A DNA stretch of 32,000 bases from Candidatus Methylomirabilis limnetica (GCF_003044035.1 NZ_NVQC01000028.1:1-32000), one strand, 5' to 3'; positions 18,477-28,113 are shown, counted from the stretch's first letter. Program-made: numbers and translations. Notes: generated by a model not told the origin, from the letters alone.

Positions 18477-18486
18477 GGTAGTCTTT

Positions 18487-18528
18487 TCAGGTGTCAGCTA
18501 TCAGCTGTGAGCTGACCGCTGAAGGCTG
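18487..18528. repeat. TCAGC/GCTGA oligomer hairpin element
   Basis: tcaggtgtcagctatcagc pairs imperfectly with gctgaccgctgaaggctg. The element contains the last codons and the stop of mobA. Confidence 0.65.
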
Positions 18529-19112
18529 CACTGCTGTCGTCTGATCGCCTCGGCCTGATCAAGCTCCGGTGGAGTATTGACGTTCATGAACCCGAGGAGA
18601 TGAGGGTCCACCGCCCTGATCGCCGGCTCCTCGATGATTTTCACCTTGGCCTTCGGGAAGAACCGGGCAATCTTCAGCACGCCACCGTCGATGGCCTCTT
18701 TAATGAGCGGGAGGCACGACTTCGCGTACACGGCATGAAGCGGCTGTAACTCGCCTCCCACACGTGGGACTACTACATCCCAGCCTTCGGCCTCGCGGAT
18801 CAAGAGCTTGATCAGGTCGGCGTTAAGGAAAGGCATATCACAGGCAACGAAGAAACACGCAGGATGACTAGCAGCACTCAGCCCGGTATAGATCCCGCCG
18901 AGAGATCCGGAGTCGGGGATCAGGTCCGGGATGACCTTGACACCGAGGTACGCATAGAGCGGAGGGTCATTGGCAATAATCAGGACCTCCGGGAAGAGCG
19001 CCCTCAGGCAGTCCACCGTCGCCTCGATCAGCCGTTTGCCCCCGAATTCGATACAGGCCTTATTGAACCCCATCCGAGAGGACTTACCGCCCGCCAGCAC
19101 AATACCCGTCAC
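18501..19112 (-). CDS. mobA: molybdenum cofactor guanylyltransferase
   Basis: Starts MTGIVLAGGKSSRMG, with DxxP..GSLGGI and CDMPF motifs. Confidence 0.87.
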   Translation of the reverse strand: MTGIVLAGGKSSRMGFNKACIEFGGKRLIEATVDCLRALFPEVLIIANDPPLYAYLGVKVIPDLIPDSGSLGGIYTGLSAASHPACFFVACDMPFLNADLIKLLIREAEGWDVVVPRVGGELQPLHAVYAKSCLPLIKEAIDGGVLKIARFFPKAKVKIIEEPAIRAVDPHLLGFMNVNTPPELDQAEAIRRQQCSLQRSAHS

Positions 19113-19114
19113 CT

Positions 19115-19555
19115 TTAGGCTTCGTCCTCTACTTCCGCCGGCTCTTCCAGGACATCGAGATCGGTCACCTCCAATTTCTCTACCTCCTCGCCCGATCCGG
19201 CGAAATGCTCCGCTGGGGTCTCATCCAACTCGGCTCCCTCCTTTTCCTCTTCTTCCTTATCGACGATCTCCTCGTCGCCAAGGGCGTCCCCAACGGAGAG
19301 GCTTCGGAACCAGGTAGCCCCAGCCTCTGGACCAACCAGCTCCACTGCCTTCGCACCCTCTACGGGCTTCATGTCATAGGCTAGCCTCCCGGCGCCTATT
19401 TCCTCCAGAGCGATATACGGCGACTTACTGCTCTTCGGGGTGATCAGGTACTCGGCGCCGTGCATCAACTGCTTCGCGCGCTTGGCGGCGATGATCACCA
19501 GGCGATACTTGCTATCCACGTGCGTCAGAAGTTGTTCCAAAGGGAAAAGCGGCAT
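19115..19555 (-). CDS. rpoZ: DNA-directed RNA polymerase subunit omega with long acidic C-terminal extension
   Basis: The core is DSKYRLVIIAAKRAKQL. The ATG at 19555 follows a GGGAGGG RBS, and the ORF also extends to 19591. The C-terminal 70 or so aa are rich in D and E. Confidence 0.85.
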   Translation of the reverse strand: MPLFPLEQLLTHVDSKYRLVIIAAKRAKQLMHGAEYLITPKSSKSPYIALEEIGAGRLAYDMKPVEGAKAVELVGPEAGATWFRSLSVGDALGDEEIVDKEEEEKEGAELDETPAEHFAGSGEEVEKLEVTDLDVLEEPAEVEDEA

Positions 19556-19574
19556 GTCCAAGACCCTCCCTACC

Positions 19575-20183
19575 TCAGTCGATTCCCACATCCAGAAAGG
19601 AGAGATCTACTCGATCTCTTCGGGCTCGCTCGGCAGTGATAATGCAGCATAGTTGCTTAACGGTCTCTTCGAAGATATCGTTCACGACAATGTACTGGTA
19701 ATGCCGGTAGTGCTGCAGCTCTTCTCTGGCCATGGCCAGGCGCCGACGGATCTCCTCCTCCGAATCAGTCCGCCGCTGCCGCAGCCTGGTTTCCAGCATA
19801 TCGAAGGTGGGGGGAACGACAAAAACAAATACCCCCGTTCGGTAGTCCTGTCTAAGCTTGGCTGCCCCCTGCGTGTCGATGTCAAGGATGACATCAAGAC
19901 CTTCCGCGAACTGTTTCTCCAGCAGCGGACGGCTGGTTCCATAGAGATGGCCATGCACGTAAGCCCACTCTGCGAATTCGCCCGCCTCGATCATCCTTCG
20001 GAAGGTAGGCTCGTTCACGAAGTGATAGTCGCGTCCGTCCTGCTCGTCAGGCCTGGGCGCACGGGTAGTATAAGAGACAGAGTGAATCAGCCGGGGCAAC
20101 AGCCGTGCGGCCTCATGGCACAAGGAGGTCTTCCCAGCCCCGGAGGGGGCCGACACGACCACTACCAACCGATGCCGATTCAT
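19575..20183 (-). CDS. gmk: guanylate kinase
   Basis: P-loop [11 protein letters not shown], then [22 protein letters not shown]. Confidence 0.93.
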   Translation of the reverse strand: MNRHRLVVVVSAPSGAGKTSLCHEAARLLPRLIHSVSYTTRAPRPDEQDGRDYHFVNEPTFRRMIEAGEFAEWAYVHGHLYGTSRPLLEKQFAEGLDVILDIDTQGAAKLRQDYRTGVFVFVVPPTFDMLETRLRQRRTDSEEEIRRRLAMAREELQHYRHYQYIVVNDIFEETVKQLCCIITAERARRDRVDLSFLDVGID

Positions 20184-20461
20184 TCTGCTCGCAAGTCCTT
20201 ACTCATTCGATCGGAAAGCGCATCGGCTTCGACTCGCTGGGCTATCGTCTCGGTCTGGATGGCCGACAGCAGGACGTGGTCGCTATCGGTCACGATAATA
20301 GACCGGGTACGCCTACCGTTGGTTGCGTCAACCAGCTTGCCGGCCCGCTTGGCCTCGTCCTTTAACCGCTTCATTGGAGCCGAACCGGGATCGACGATGG
20401 CGATGACCCTGGCTACCGCCACCATATTTCCGAACCCTACGTTCAGCAGCTTTGCGGCCAA
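20180..20461 (-). CDS. remA: RemA/YlzA (DUF370) family regulator
   Basis: [27 protein letters not shown]...[29 protein letters not shown] closely parallels B. subtilis RemA as recalled. It overlaps gmk by 4 nt. Confidence 0.9.
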   Translation of the reverse strand: MAAKLLNVGFGNMVAVARVIAIVDPGSAPMKRLKDEAKRAGKLVDATNGRRTRSIIVTDSDHVLLSAIQTETIAQRVEADALSDRMSKDLRAE

Positions 20462-20486
20462 GGCGGTTTGTCCCTTCTTACTCGTC

Positions 20487-21368
20487 TTACTCGACGTTCT
20501 GGACCTGCTCCCGGAGCTGCTCCAGAATGCTTTTTAATGTTATCACATCGTGCGAGGTCTTGGCATCGTTCGCCTTAGCGCCGATGGTGTTGGCCTCGCG
20601 CTGCATCTCTTGCAAGAGGAACTCCATCCGTCGGCCATGCGGACCCTTTTGCTGGATGAGATCCCGGAACTGCCCGAGGTGGCTTGTGACCCGCGTGGTC
20701 TCTTCCGCGATATCAGAACGCTCAGCCAGGATTGCGACCTCCTGTTCCAGTCGGCCAGGGTCCACCGATTTCCCATCCAGTAAGCGCTGGAGCCGAAGCT
20801 CCAGGCGACTCTTGTAGCTTTGCACCACTTCCGGCGCGCGGGCGGCGATCGTCGCCAAGGTCTCATCGACTTGCTCCAGGCGGCCGAGCAGGTCGGCCTT
20901 AAGCGCCCCTCCCTCTTCCCGCCGCATCTCAGCCAGGGCGTTCATCGCCCCTTCAAGGGCAATCTTGACCGCTGACCAATCAGCATCCGCCGCCCTCGGT
21001 TCCTCTCCTTCCAGACCGAACAGGTCTGATTGGGAAAGTAGTAGTTCCAGCGTCACCTCTCCCGCGAGACCGAGTTCTGACTGAAGCGTCTTGACGGCGT
21101 CAAGATACGCGTGGGCCAACGGACGATTGAGGTGCAGTTTGCAGGATCGCTCACCCGTCAACTCCTCAAGCACCGTCACGTCAAACCGCCCTCGTGCGAA
21201 GCGTCCCTGCAGGATCTTTTGGACCTGCAACTCCAGGGCGCCAAGCCGCTTTGGAAGCCGGGCACGAGTCTCCAGGTAACGATGGTTGACCGACTGCAGT
21301 TCGCATGCGTATCGTCTCGAGGAGGTGACACACTCCCCTTGCCCAAACCCGGTCATACTGTTCAGCAT
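20487..21368 (-). CDS. yicC: YicC/YloC family endoribonuclease (stress-induced protein)
   Basis: Starts MLNSMTGFG, with SVNHRYLE and the C-terminal EEITRL-like ETTRVTSHL and [16 protein letters not shown] motifs. Confidence 0.9.
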   Translation of the reverse strand: MLNSMTGFGQGECVTSSRRYACELQSVNHRYLETRARLPKRLGALELQVQKILQGRFARGRFDVTVLEELTGERSCKLHLNRPLAHAYLDAVKTLQSELGLAGEVTLELLLSQSDLFGLEGEEPRAADADWSAVKIALEGAMNALAEMRREEGGALKADLLGRLEQVDETLATIAARAPEVVQSYKSRLELRLQRLLDGKSVDPGRLEQEVAILAERSDIAEETTRVTSHLGQFRDLIQQKGPHGRRMEFLLQEMQREANTIGAKANDAKTSHDVITLKSILEQLREQVQNVE

Positions 21369-21564
21369 CTCATCATGGCCTCGATAATATTGACATGAGT
21401 GTTGCCACTACCTGGATAGGTGGACGCGAAGGGGGGCCGCACGGAGATCCCTAAAAATGATAGTTTAGCGATCACCGGCGGTTTTGTCAAATCAAATCCT
21501 CGACTCAAGGTAACCATTCAGTGAGAGGGGGGAAATCATTAAATAAAATGTGGTATATTTTTAT

Positions 21565-21602
21565 AAAATCCCCCTTAATCCCCCTTTGTCAAAGGGGGAA
21601 AC
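21565..21602. repeat. CCCCCTTTG-NN-AAAGGGGG palindromic element
   Basis: aaaatcccccttaatccccctttgtcaaagggggaaac has a second, larger copy at 24376-24452. Confidence 0.7.
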
Positions 21603-21646
21603 GGGTAGTCCCACTCTTGCCGAAAGAGTCGCGCTGTCTGACCTCG

Positions 21647-21657
21647 TGGTATACAAT
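21647..21657 (+). promoter_or_regulatory. extended -10 promoter candidate for the methyltransferase gene
   Basis: TGgTATACAAT lies about 25 nt upstream of the AAGGAGG RBS and the ATG at 21680. Confidence 0.35.
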
Positions 21658-21679
21658 GCAACCAGAATAAGGAGGAGCG

Positions 21680-22390
21680 ATGGTCGAGTGGAAGCGGCAG
21701 CGAATCGAGGGGACCTATCGGCCCGGCGAAGGGCACGAGGCGAAACACGGCAGCCTCAGCGAAACGCTCCTGCGCCTCATACGGGAAGAGCCGCTACGCG
21801 AGCGGACTGTTCTGGATGTCGGGTGTGGGACTGGGCGCTTGAGCTTTGCCCTGGCAGAAGAGGCCGGCCGGATCATCGGGATCGACTGGTCGGATCAGGT
21901 AATCCAGGAGGCAGGGCAGCATGCCCGTACCCTTGGCCTTGACCATATCACGTTTATGTGCGGCGACGCCGAGCGGATCGAGTATCGCGAGCTTGGTCCG
22001 ATCGATCTGGTGGTCGCCCACCTCTGCATGTCCGACGAGATCATTCGACGAGCAGCCGCAGTCCTGGCGCCTGGCTGCTGCATCGCCTTTTCGACCCTTC
22101 ACCGAGACCAGTGGAAGGAGAGTGGCAGGAGTTCCCGATTCGCCTACGGAGAACAGGATGTCGAAACGGCGCTCACAGCATCGGGATTCGACCCCATCTA
22201 TCTCGAAGCCGAGCACGAGGTACTGTCCTTTGCCGCCGCGGCTGACGCCCTGGCCTACATGGAAGCCTTAGATCTCATCGGAAAATGGAAGACCGATAGC
22301 CGCTGGGAGGGGTTTCTCGCCTATCTGGAGCGCGGCGGGAGAGAGCTGACGATCAGGGCCCGGGTGACTGTGAAAGCGCGCAGGCGGTAA
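21680..22390 (+). CDS. class I SAM-dependent methyltransferase
   Basis: Motif I VLDVGCGTGRLS, with post-I and II regions. A strong RBS is present. Its 3' end overlaps the convergent queG by 38 nt. Confidence 0.82.
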   Translation: MVEWKRQRIEGTYRPGEGHEAKHGSLSETLLRLIREEPLRERTVLDVGCGTGRLSFALAEEAGRIIGIDWSDQVIQEAGQHARTLGLDHITFMCGDAERIEYRELGPIDLVVAHLCMSDEIIRRAAAVLAPGCCIAFSTLHRDQWKESGRSSRFAYGEQDVETALTASGFDPIYLEAEHEVLSFAAAADALAYMEALDLIGKWKTDSRWEGFLAYLERGGRELTIRARVTVKARRR

Positions 22391-23543
22391 GTGCCTGCTC
22401 GATCTCCGCTTTGACGTCGGGATCGGTCTCGCAGTCAAGCGCTTCGGTCAACGCTGCACGCGCCTGCGCTGTCCCGATTCGGCCTAAGGCCCAGGCGACA
22501 TGGCCCCGGACCAGCGATTCCGGATCGGAGAGGAGCTTCGCCAGACCCGAAACCGAGTCCGCGGAGCCCAGGTTGCCAAGCGCCACTGCCACGTTTCGTA
22601 GAACACCCCGTCGTTTTGAACGCCGGATAGGGCTTCCCTTGAACCGCAAACGAAACTGTTCTTCGTTGAGCGCAAGGAGAGGGATCAACTCCGGCGCATG
22701 AAGGCCCTCACGGGGCTGAAAAGTGGGCTCCTTCGAGGGCGCGATGTTGATATTATACGGACAGACCTCCTGGCAGATATCACAGCCAAAGATGTGATTG
22801 CCGATCAGCGGCCGTATCTGTGCCGGAATGCTGCCTTTCGACTCTATCGTCAGGTACGAGATACAGCGACGAGCGTCCAGTCGATGTGGGCCGACAAAGG
22901 CATCAGTTGGACAGGCCTTGAGACATAGATCGCACGAGCCGCACCGGTCCCCGATCGGTCCGTCCGGTGGCAGTTCGAGGCTCAGGAACAGCTCGCCCAG
23001 GAAAAAATACGAGCCGTGCTTTGGGGAGATGAGCAGCGTATTCTTACCGATCCACCCGATTCCCGCCAGACCAGCGAACCCCTTCTCCAGCACCGGCCCG
23101 GTATCGACGTAGACCTTACCCTGAACCTCCTCGCCGACAGTGTGTCGAATCCAGCCGAACAGCGCGTCAAGTCGGCTCTCCAGGATCGTGTGATAGTCCT
23201 CTCCCCACGCATAGCGGGAAATCCATCCCCTGGGTACGCCCGTCGGGTGTGTCTCGCGCGAAAAGGGGGTGTAGTAGCTCATGGCGACAGAGACCACCGA
23301 GCGCGCCCAGGGAAGCCACGTCTCCGGGTGGCGTCGGGCCTGCTCCGTACGCGTCAGATAGGCCATCTCGCCACCGTACCCCTCTTGTAGCCAGTCGGCG
23401 AATGATTGTTCATGGGGAGGGTCGCCGACCGGCGAGATCCCGACCAGATCGAGGTCCAGACGGCCGGCCTCCTCTTTAATCGCCTGAGCCAACCGCTCAG
23501 GGCTCCGCACGACCACGTCGCGATCCTTCCGCTTTGCCCCCAT
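22353..23543 (-). CDS. queG: epoxyqueuosine reductase (tRNA queuosine biosynthesis)
   Basis: 396 aa with two 4Fe-4S motifs (CGSCDLCLKACP, CDICQEVCPYN), a DUF1730-like N-terminus and C-terminal HEAT-like repeats. Confidence 0.9.
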   Translation of the reverse strand: MGAKRKDRDVVVRSPERLAQAIKEEAGRLDLDLVGISPVGDPPHEQSFADWLQEGYGGEMAYLTRTEQARRHPETWLPWARSVVSVAMSYYTPFSRETHPTGVPRGWISRYAWGEDYHTILESRLDALFGWIRHTVGEEVQGKVYVDTGPVLEKGFAGLAGIGWIGKNTLLISPKHGSYFFLGELFLSLELPPDGPIGDRCGSCDLCLKACPTDAFVGPHRLDARRCISYLTIESKGSIPAQIRPLIGNHIFGCDICQEVCPYNINIAPSKEPTFQPREGLHAPELIPLLALNEEQFRLRFKGSPIRRSKRRGVLRNVAVALGNLGSADSVSGLAKLLSDPESLVRGHVAWALGRIGTAQARAALTEALDCETDPDVKAEIEQALTACALSQSPGP

Positions 23544-23579
23544 GGGCGCTTACCGTTCCACAATGCCTTGTCGCGCTCG

Positions 23580-24347
23580 TCACGGTTCCGCCTTCTCACC
23601 CAGCAGCGCCTGAAAATGAACCGCATCCTCAGCCATCAAGAGATTATTGAACAGGCAGTAGGTGGGGAGATCCCTCTTGCACGCCGTCTTCAGTCGCTCA
23701 AGGTCCTGATCGGTGTGGACGTACCGGTAGCCGGTGAGACCGTGCATCCTGTAGTAGCAGATCGCGCCATGAAGCGATGGCTCCTTGAGCGGATCGACCA
23801 CGTGGATCAGCTCCAACTCGCGGCATAGCCCCAGAATCACATCCGCCGCCCAGGCGCCGCGTAGCTCCCAGGCAGCGTGCCAGCCGGTGCGGTCGATGTT
23901 GGTGAAGAAATGGCGCAGGTTCGCGATGTGTTCGGACGTCGGCGTGAAGCTCGGCGGGCACTGAAAGACGATGATCGAGGCGCCCAGGGCTGTCGCAAAT
24001 GCCCGCGTCTGGGCCCAGGCTTCGAGGACTTCCTCCGTAGGCCGGAATGCCCCGTAGTACTCTTTCCGTTCAGGCGGGATCGGTTTGGCGAGGCGGCGAT
24101 AGGTCGGGCTTGAAGGCTCGTGGGTAATGAGCTGCCATGCCTTCATCGTAAACTCGAACCCGGTCGGCGCCCCGGCTCGCCACCGTACCCCCGTGCTGAC
24201 CCGCGGAAGCTTGTAAAAGGTTTGCTGGATCTCAACAACCGGGAAGGAGTTGTAGTACTCCTGCCGGCCCATGGCGAAGCCACAGGTCCCGACCTTGGTC
24301 CGGCCCGCGAAAGGATCAGCAGTGCCGCCCTGGTATGTACGCTTCAT
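23580..24347 (-). CDS. DUF72 (UPF0759) family protein
   Basis: 255 aa with GTCGF...YNSFPVVEIQQTFY and FEFTMKAWQ-type motifs. Confidence 0.8.
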   Translation of the reverse strand: MKRTYQGGTADPFAGRTKVGTCGFAMGRQEYYNSFPVVEIQQTFYKLPRVSTGVRWRAGAPTGFEFTMKAWQLITHEPSSPTYRRLAKPIPPERKEYYGAFRPTEEVLEAWAQTRAFATALGASIIVFQCPPSFTPTSEHIANLRHFFTNIDRTGWHAAWELRGAWAADVILGLCRELELIHVVDPLKEPSLHGAICYYRMHGLTGYRYVHTDQDLERLKTACKRDLPTYCLFNNLLMAEDAVHFQALLGEKAEP

Positions 24348-24375
24348 AACTGTATGTTACACCCATCCAGCAACT

Positions 24376-24452
24376 TCCCCCTTTACGAAAGGGGGATTGA
24401 GGGGGTTTTACCGATCGTTCAAAAACCCCCTTACCCCCTTTGCTAAAGGGGG
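24376..24452. repeat. triple palindromic element (CCCCCTTT..AAAGGGGG type)
   Basis: Three hairpins: tccccctttacgaaaggggga, gggggttttaccgatcgttcaaaaaccccc and ccccctttgctaaaggggg. Positions 24421-24452 parallel 21565-21600. Confidence 0.72.
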
Positions 24453-24518
24453 AGGCAAGCTATTTTATGCTCTGAGTAATAAGTTACAATATCGGGCGCG
24501 ATGCCACCCTGACTTGCG

Positions 24519-25169
24519 CTATCGAATCGTCCCTTCATCAAATGGGGTATCTTCGGATGGAGAAGAGGACGACTGCGGCCGGGGGATCCTCGCGCCCATC
24601 CACATTCGCAAGGCGGAAAGGCCGGATACGAAGAAAGCCGAGCTGACGACCAGGTATTCGGTGGTCAGCCAATGCACTACCCAGGGCGTCCCAGGCGAGG
24701 GGCTGACCAACAGCCACTGCACCGCCTTGATGAGGAGCAGCAGAAAGGCCCCCCATGCGATGGCTGTTACGAGCAGCCAGTACCGCGGCTCAGGTGTCCG
24801 CCGGTGAGCCCAACGCAGCAGTGCGGCCAGCAGGAGTGATGCGATGGGTATAAACCACAGAAGCGGCTCGTACGGTACAGGACGGCCTCGGAGTGCCCGG
24901 CCGAGGCAGAGTTCCAGGCCCGCAACCGAGATGACGCGATGGACCCCGTATGGACCGGCGACTACCCATGGCAGAAAGAAGAGTCCAAAGGGGATTACCC
25001 CCACCCACGGTAGATTGGCCCAGCGTAGAGGAGGAACAGGTGGGGTTGGCAGGGTGGCGAACGCCCCACCGCACTGCCAGCACGCGCTGGCTCCCGGTAC
25101 TCTACGCGCACCACAGGCCGGACAGGCGCCACTCGTGTGAGTGCTCAACGATGGCCGCGCATCACTCAT
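24519..25169 (-). CDS. hypothetical membrane protein with N-terminal zinc-ribbon
   Basis: CPACGARRVPGASACWQCG is followed by about five hydrophobic helices. The ATG at 25169 follows GGGGAGGTGG. No family was recognised. Confidence 0.5.
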   Translation of the reverse strand: MSDARPSLSTHTSGACPACGARRVPGASACWQCGGAFATLPTPPVPPLRWANLPWVGVIPFGLFFLPWVVAGPYGVHRVISVAGLELCLGRALRGRPVPYEPLLWFIPIASLLLAALLRWAHRRTPEPRYWLLVTAIAWGAFLLLLIKAVQWLLVSPSPGTPWVVHWLTTEYLVVSSAFFVSGLSALRMWMGARIPRPQSSSSPSEDTPFDEGTIR

Positions 25170-25236
25170 CGGAAGATCCACCTCCCCACACAACTATACT
25201 GCGAAGGCCAAGGCTCTGCTGTCAAGAAGAAAAGAC

Positions 25237-25265
25237 TTGCACTGTAGACCCATACGGGATATTCT
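25237..25265 (+). promoter_or_regulatory. candidate promoter of the RHH-MazF operon
   Basis: TTGCAC, a 17-nt spacer, then TATTCT, 40 nt upstream of the ATG at 25306. Confidence 0.45.
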
Positions 25266-25305
25266 TTTTGCATATCGAATCGACATACCTTAGTGGAGGC
25301 GACCC

Positions 25306-25542
25306 ATGGGAGCCATTTCCCTCAAACTTCCCGATGACCTGCTGGTGGCCAGCAGCCAGTGCGCCGAAGCCCTCAAGCTGCCGCGGGCGAAGTATATCCG
25401 GTACGCAATTGAGCGAATGAATCGTGATACGCGCGAGGGGCTACGCGCCAAGCGCCTGGCCGAGGTCTCCCGGAAGGTCCGGAAAGAGAGCATGCGGGTC
25501 AATGCCGAGTTTGCCGCCGTCGAGCGGGACCCTGATGCCTAA
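25306..25542 (+). CDS. ribbon-helix-helix (CopG-like) antitoxin
   Basis: 78 aa. The N-terminal beta-strand ISLKLPDDLL and the helices YIRYAIERMN fit an RHH fold. The GGAGG RBS is spaced 6 nt from the start. It overlaps the toxin gene by 8 nt. Confidence 0.72.
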   Translation: MGAISLKLPDDLLVASSQCAEALKLPRAKYIRYAIERMNRDTREGLRAKRLAEVSRKVRKESMRVNAEFAAVERDPDA

Positions 25543-25885
25543 CCGGGGTGAAATCTGGCTGGCAGACTTAGACCCTCGACGCGGTACTGAGCCCGGCAAA
25601 ACGCGCCCCGTCCTGATCATCCAATCGCAAGCCCTCCTCGATGCCACCCATCCGTCAACAGTCATTATTCCGCTGACCACCAACACGGTTGATGACGCTG
25701 AACCGCTCCGGATTCGCGTCCCTGCTTCTGGCAGGATGCGCCGCGACTCCGATCTACTGATCGACCAGCTTCGGGCGATTGACAATCGTCGCCTCACCAA
25801 GGGTCCGATGACCTGCCTCTCCAACGCTCTGATGGCGAAGGTGGCCGATGCAATCCGGGAGATCCTAGACCTCGTCGAGGAGTGA
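25535..25885 (+). CDS. mazF: type II toxin, MazF/PemK family endoribonuclease
   Basis: 116 aa starting MPNRGEIWLADLDPRRGTEPGKTRPVLIIQS, with IIPLTT and LIDQLRAIDNRRL. Confidence 0.87.
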   Translation: MPNRGEIWLADLDPRRGTEPGKTRPVLIIQSQALLDATHPSTVIIPLTTNTVDDAEPLRIRVPASGRMRRDSDLLIDQLRAIDNRRLTKGPMTCLSNALMAKVADAIREILDLVEE

Positions 25886-25900
25886 GACCGGCCGTTCAAG

Positions 25901-25953
25901 ACCTTCAAAGCCTTCAGTCTTCAGCCTTCAGTCTATCTACCTAAGTAGTTACC
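25901..25953. repeat. arm of the hairpin-element family
   Basis: accttcaaagccttcagtcttcagccttcagtctatctacctaagtagttacc. The last 25 nt match 8646-8670 at 24 of 25 positions. The element supplies the last codons and the stop of the ABC-F gene. Confidence 0.8.
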
Positions 25954-27956
25954 ATCAGACTGGATATTCGGTCCCATTCCGCCGTCAATTCCGCCACCCT
26001 TCGCTTGGCCTGAGTATGCGCATCCAGCATTTCAAGGCATCGTGCCTTATTCTGGTATATCTCCGGGTCGGCGAGAGCCTGGGAGAGATCATGCAGGATC
26101 TTCTCGGCTTCGGCCACCTCCTCCTCGATTTTGGACAGGGACGATTGGAGGGGGCTTGATGTCCGGTGCGTCCGATTGCGCGCCTCGGCCTCGGCCCGTT
26201 TCTGCTCCTTCGTCTTCCGTTCCCTCGAACGTCCCTCCTTCACCTCGGACCCCTGTGCCAGGGCGACAGGGGTGTCGGGAGAAGAGCGAAGCTTAGTCCC
26301 GGCATCCAGGTCCGTGGAACCGGGTCCGGCCTGGACGCTACCGGCGGCCTCTTCCGCCATCAGTTGCTTTTTATAGAGGTAGTAATCGTAATCCCCGGCA
26401 TACGACGTGGCCTCTCCATCCCGAACGTCGATGATCCTGTTGGCCACAGCCCGGATAAAATGCCGGTCATGGGTGATGAAGCAGATCGTCCCGGAAAAGT
26501 CGCGTAGCGCCTCTTCCAGAACGTCGCGGGAGGGGATGTCCAGGTGGTTCGTCGGCTCGTCCAACAGAAGAAGGTTGGCCGGACGGATCAACATCTTGGC
26601 CAGAGCCAATCGGCTCTTCTCTCCGCCGGATAGGACGGCGACCTTTTTCTTTACGTCATCCCCGGAAAAGAGAAACCGTCCCAGAATCGCCCGCAGGAAG
26701 GACGACTCTTCCATGGGGGCAGCTAATGTAATCTCGTCAAGGACCGTGTTGGCGGGTTCCAAAAGATCCAACTGGTGCTGGGCATAATAGGCGAGTGTCA
26801 CGTTGTGGCCCAGTTTCCGTTCGCCCTTCTCGAACGGCAGGACTCCGACCAGAAGTTTGAGAAGGGTGGATTTTCCCGCCCCATTGGGGCCTGTCAGGGC
26901 CACCCGTTCCCCACGGCGAAGCTCAACATTCAGGGCGCGGTAGATAGGATTATCGTCATAGGACTTGTCTATATCGATCAGCCGGATGACCGTCTCTCCG
27001 CTCCGTGGAGGCTCCGGAAATGAGAACCGGACCCGTTTCTGCTGGGGGGCCAGTTCCGCCTTGTCCATCTTCTCCAGCAGCTTGATCCGGCTCTGGACCT
27101 GGCGGGCCTTGGTGGCCTTAGACCGGAAACGGTCGATGAAGGCCTGAGTCTCTTCAATCTTTTTCTGCTGGTTCTTCACTGTGGACTCTAAGATCTGCTG
27201 GGCCTCGGCCTTGGCCACCACGAACCGGTCGTAGTTTCCGGTGTAGGCAATCAGTTGTTGTTGTTCCACTTCCACCACCCGGTTGGCCAAACGATTCATG
27301 AAATTCCGATCGTGGGAGATGAGCAGGATCGCGCCGGCATATCCGGATAGGAACTTCTCCAGCCAGACGACCGACTCCAAATCCAGATGGTTCGTAGGTT
27401 CGTCCAACAGGAGCGCGTCCGGAGATGAGAGGAGGATCTGGGCCAACGAGGCGCGCATCCGCTGGCCCCCGGAGAAATTCTCCAGAGGCCTGGAAAGGTG
27501 CTTCTCCTTGAAACCGAGGCCGAAGAGGATCTCCTTTGCCCTGGCTTCCACGGAATATCCGCCGAGCTGTTCGTACTTGGTCTGGAGTTCACCGTAATGG
27601 GCTAACAGCTCGTCTACTACCCCCGGTGGGGCCGTGGCGATCTCCTCCTCCAGAAGGCGGAGATGGCGCTCGATAGACGACGCCTCCGAGCCGCCGGCCA
27701 GAACCTCTTCAAGCAGGGACTTACCCTGATGGGTCTCCAGCTCCTGGGTCAGGTAGCCGATGACGGCCTTTTTGTTGATCGTGATCACTCCGCTGTCGGG
27801 AGCAATATTCCCCGCGATCATTTCCAGGAGGGTCGTCTTCCCCGCCCCGTTAGGCCCGACCAGCGCGACCCGGTCCTCAAGCCCGATCCGAAGAGAGACT
27901 TCCTTGAACAGCACACGGCTGCCGAAGTGCTTTGACACCTGTTGAATTGAGATCAT
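25941..27956 (-). CDS. ABC-F family ATPase (two ABC domains, charged C-terminal coiled-coil; Uup/EttA-like)
   Basis: Two Walker A motifs ([22 protein letters not shown]), two LSGG signatures ([16 protein letters not shown]) and a K/E-rich tail. There are no TM segments. The ATG at 27956 is preferred over the TTG at 27992. Confidence 0.9.
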   Translation of the reverse strand: MISIQQVSKHFGSRVLFKEVSLRIGLEDRVALVGPNGAGKTTLLEMIAGNIAPDSGVITINKKAVIGYLTQELETHQGKSLLEEVLAGGSEASSIERHLRLLEEEIATAPPGVVDELLAHYGELQTKYEQLGGYSVEARAKEILFGLGFKEKHLSRPLENFSGGQRMRASLAQILLSSPDALLLDEPTNHLDLESVVWLEKFLSGYAGAILLISHDRNFMNRLANRVVEVEQQQLIAYTGNYDRFVVAKAEAQQILESTVKNQQKKIEETQAFIDRFRSKATKARQVQSRIKLLEKMDKAELAPQQKRVRFSFPEPPRSGETVIRLIDIDKSYDDNPIYRALNVELRRGERVALTGPNGAGKSTLLKLLVGVLPFEKGERKLGHNVTLAYYAQHQLDLLEPANTVLDEITLAAPMEESSFLRAILGRFLFSGDDVKKKVAVLSGGEKSRLALAKMLIRPANLLLLDEPTNHLDIPSRDVLEEALRDFSGTICFITHDRHFIRAVANRIIDVRDGEATSYAGDYDYYLYKKQLMAEEAAGSVQAGPGSTDLDAGTKLRSSPDTPVALAQGSEVKEGRSRERKTKEQKRAEAEARNRTHRTSSPLQSSLSKIEEEVAEAEKILHDLSQALADPEIYQNKARCLEMLDAHTQAKRRVAELTAEWDRISSLMVTT

Positions 27957-28013
27957 ATGGCCAGTATAGGGGGACTCAAGCAGCAATGTCAAACATGGAC
28001 GATTCGGGGCACA

Positions 28014-28044
28014 TATTCATCCACGCCCCCGCGCGGGTGGCGAC
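28014..28044 (-). CRISPR. solitary type I-C-like CRISPR repeat unit
   Basis: tattcatccacgcccccgcgcgggtggcgac. The 24-nt core differs at one position from the copies at 28947-28970 and 31739-31762. The ATTGAAAC end is degenerate. No partner repeat lies within 40 nt. Confidence 0.7.
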
Positions 28045-28113
28045 CCTTGATAACAAGGCTACGTAGAAGTCTAGTTATTGCACCGTGTCACCAAATCAAG
28101 TTGACCAGGCGAT

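Noticed and set aside
19653-20537. Long antisense ORFs inside well-supported genes. Examples are 19653-20537 plus strand (294 aa), 10620-11426 plus strand (268 aa), 3972-4568 plus strand (198 aa) and 13361-13855 minus strand.
   Set aside because: They lie opposite genes with clear family signatures (gmk/remA, thiG, MBL, CaCA). They are rich in R, P, G and A, as expected for out-of-frame reading of GC-rich DNA. They have no recognisable motifs or RBS.
22353-22390. A 38-nt convergent overlap of the methyltransferase and queG 3' ends, as a possible antisense regulatory feature.
   Set aside because: Short convergent overlaps are common in compact GC-rich genomes. There is no additional structure or motif to support regulation.
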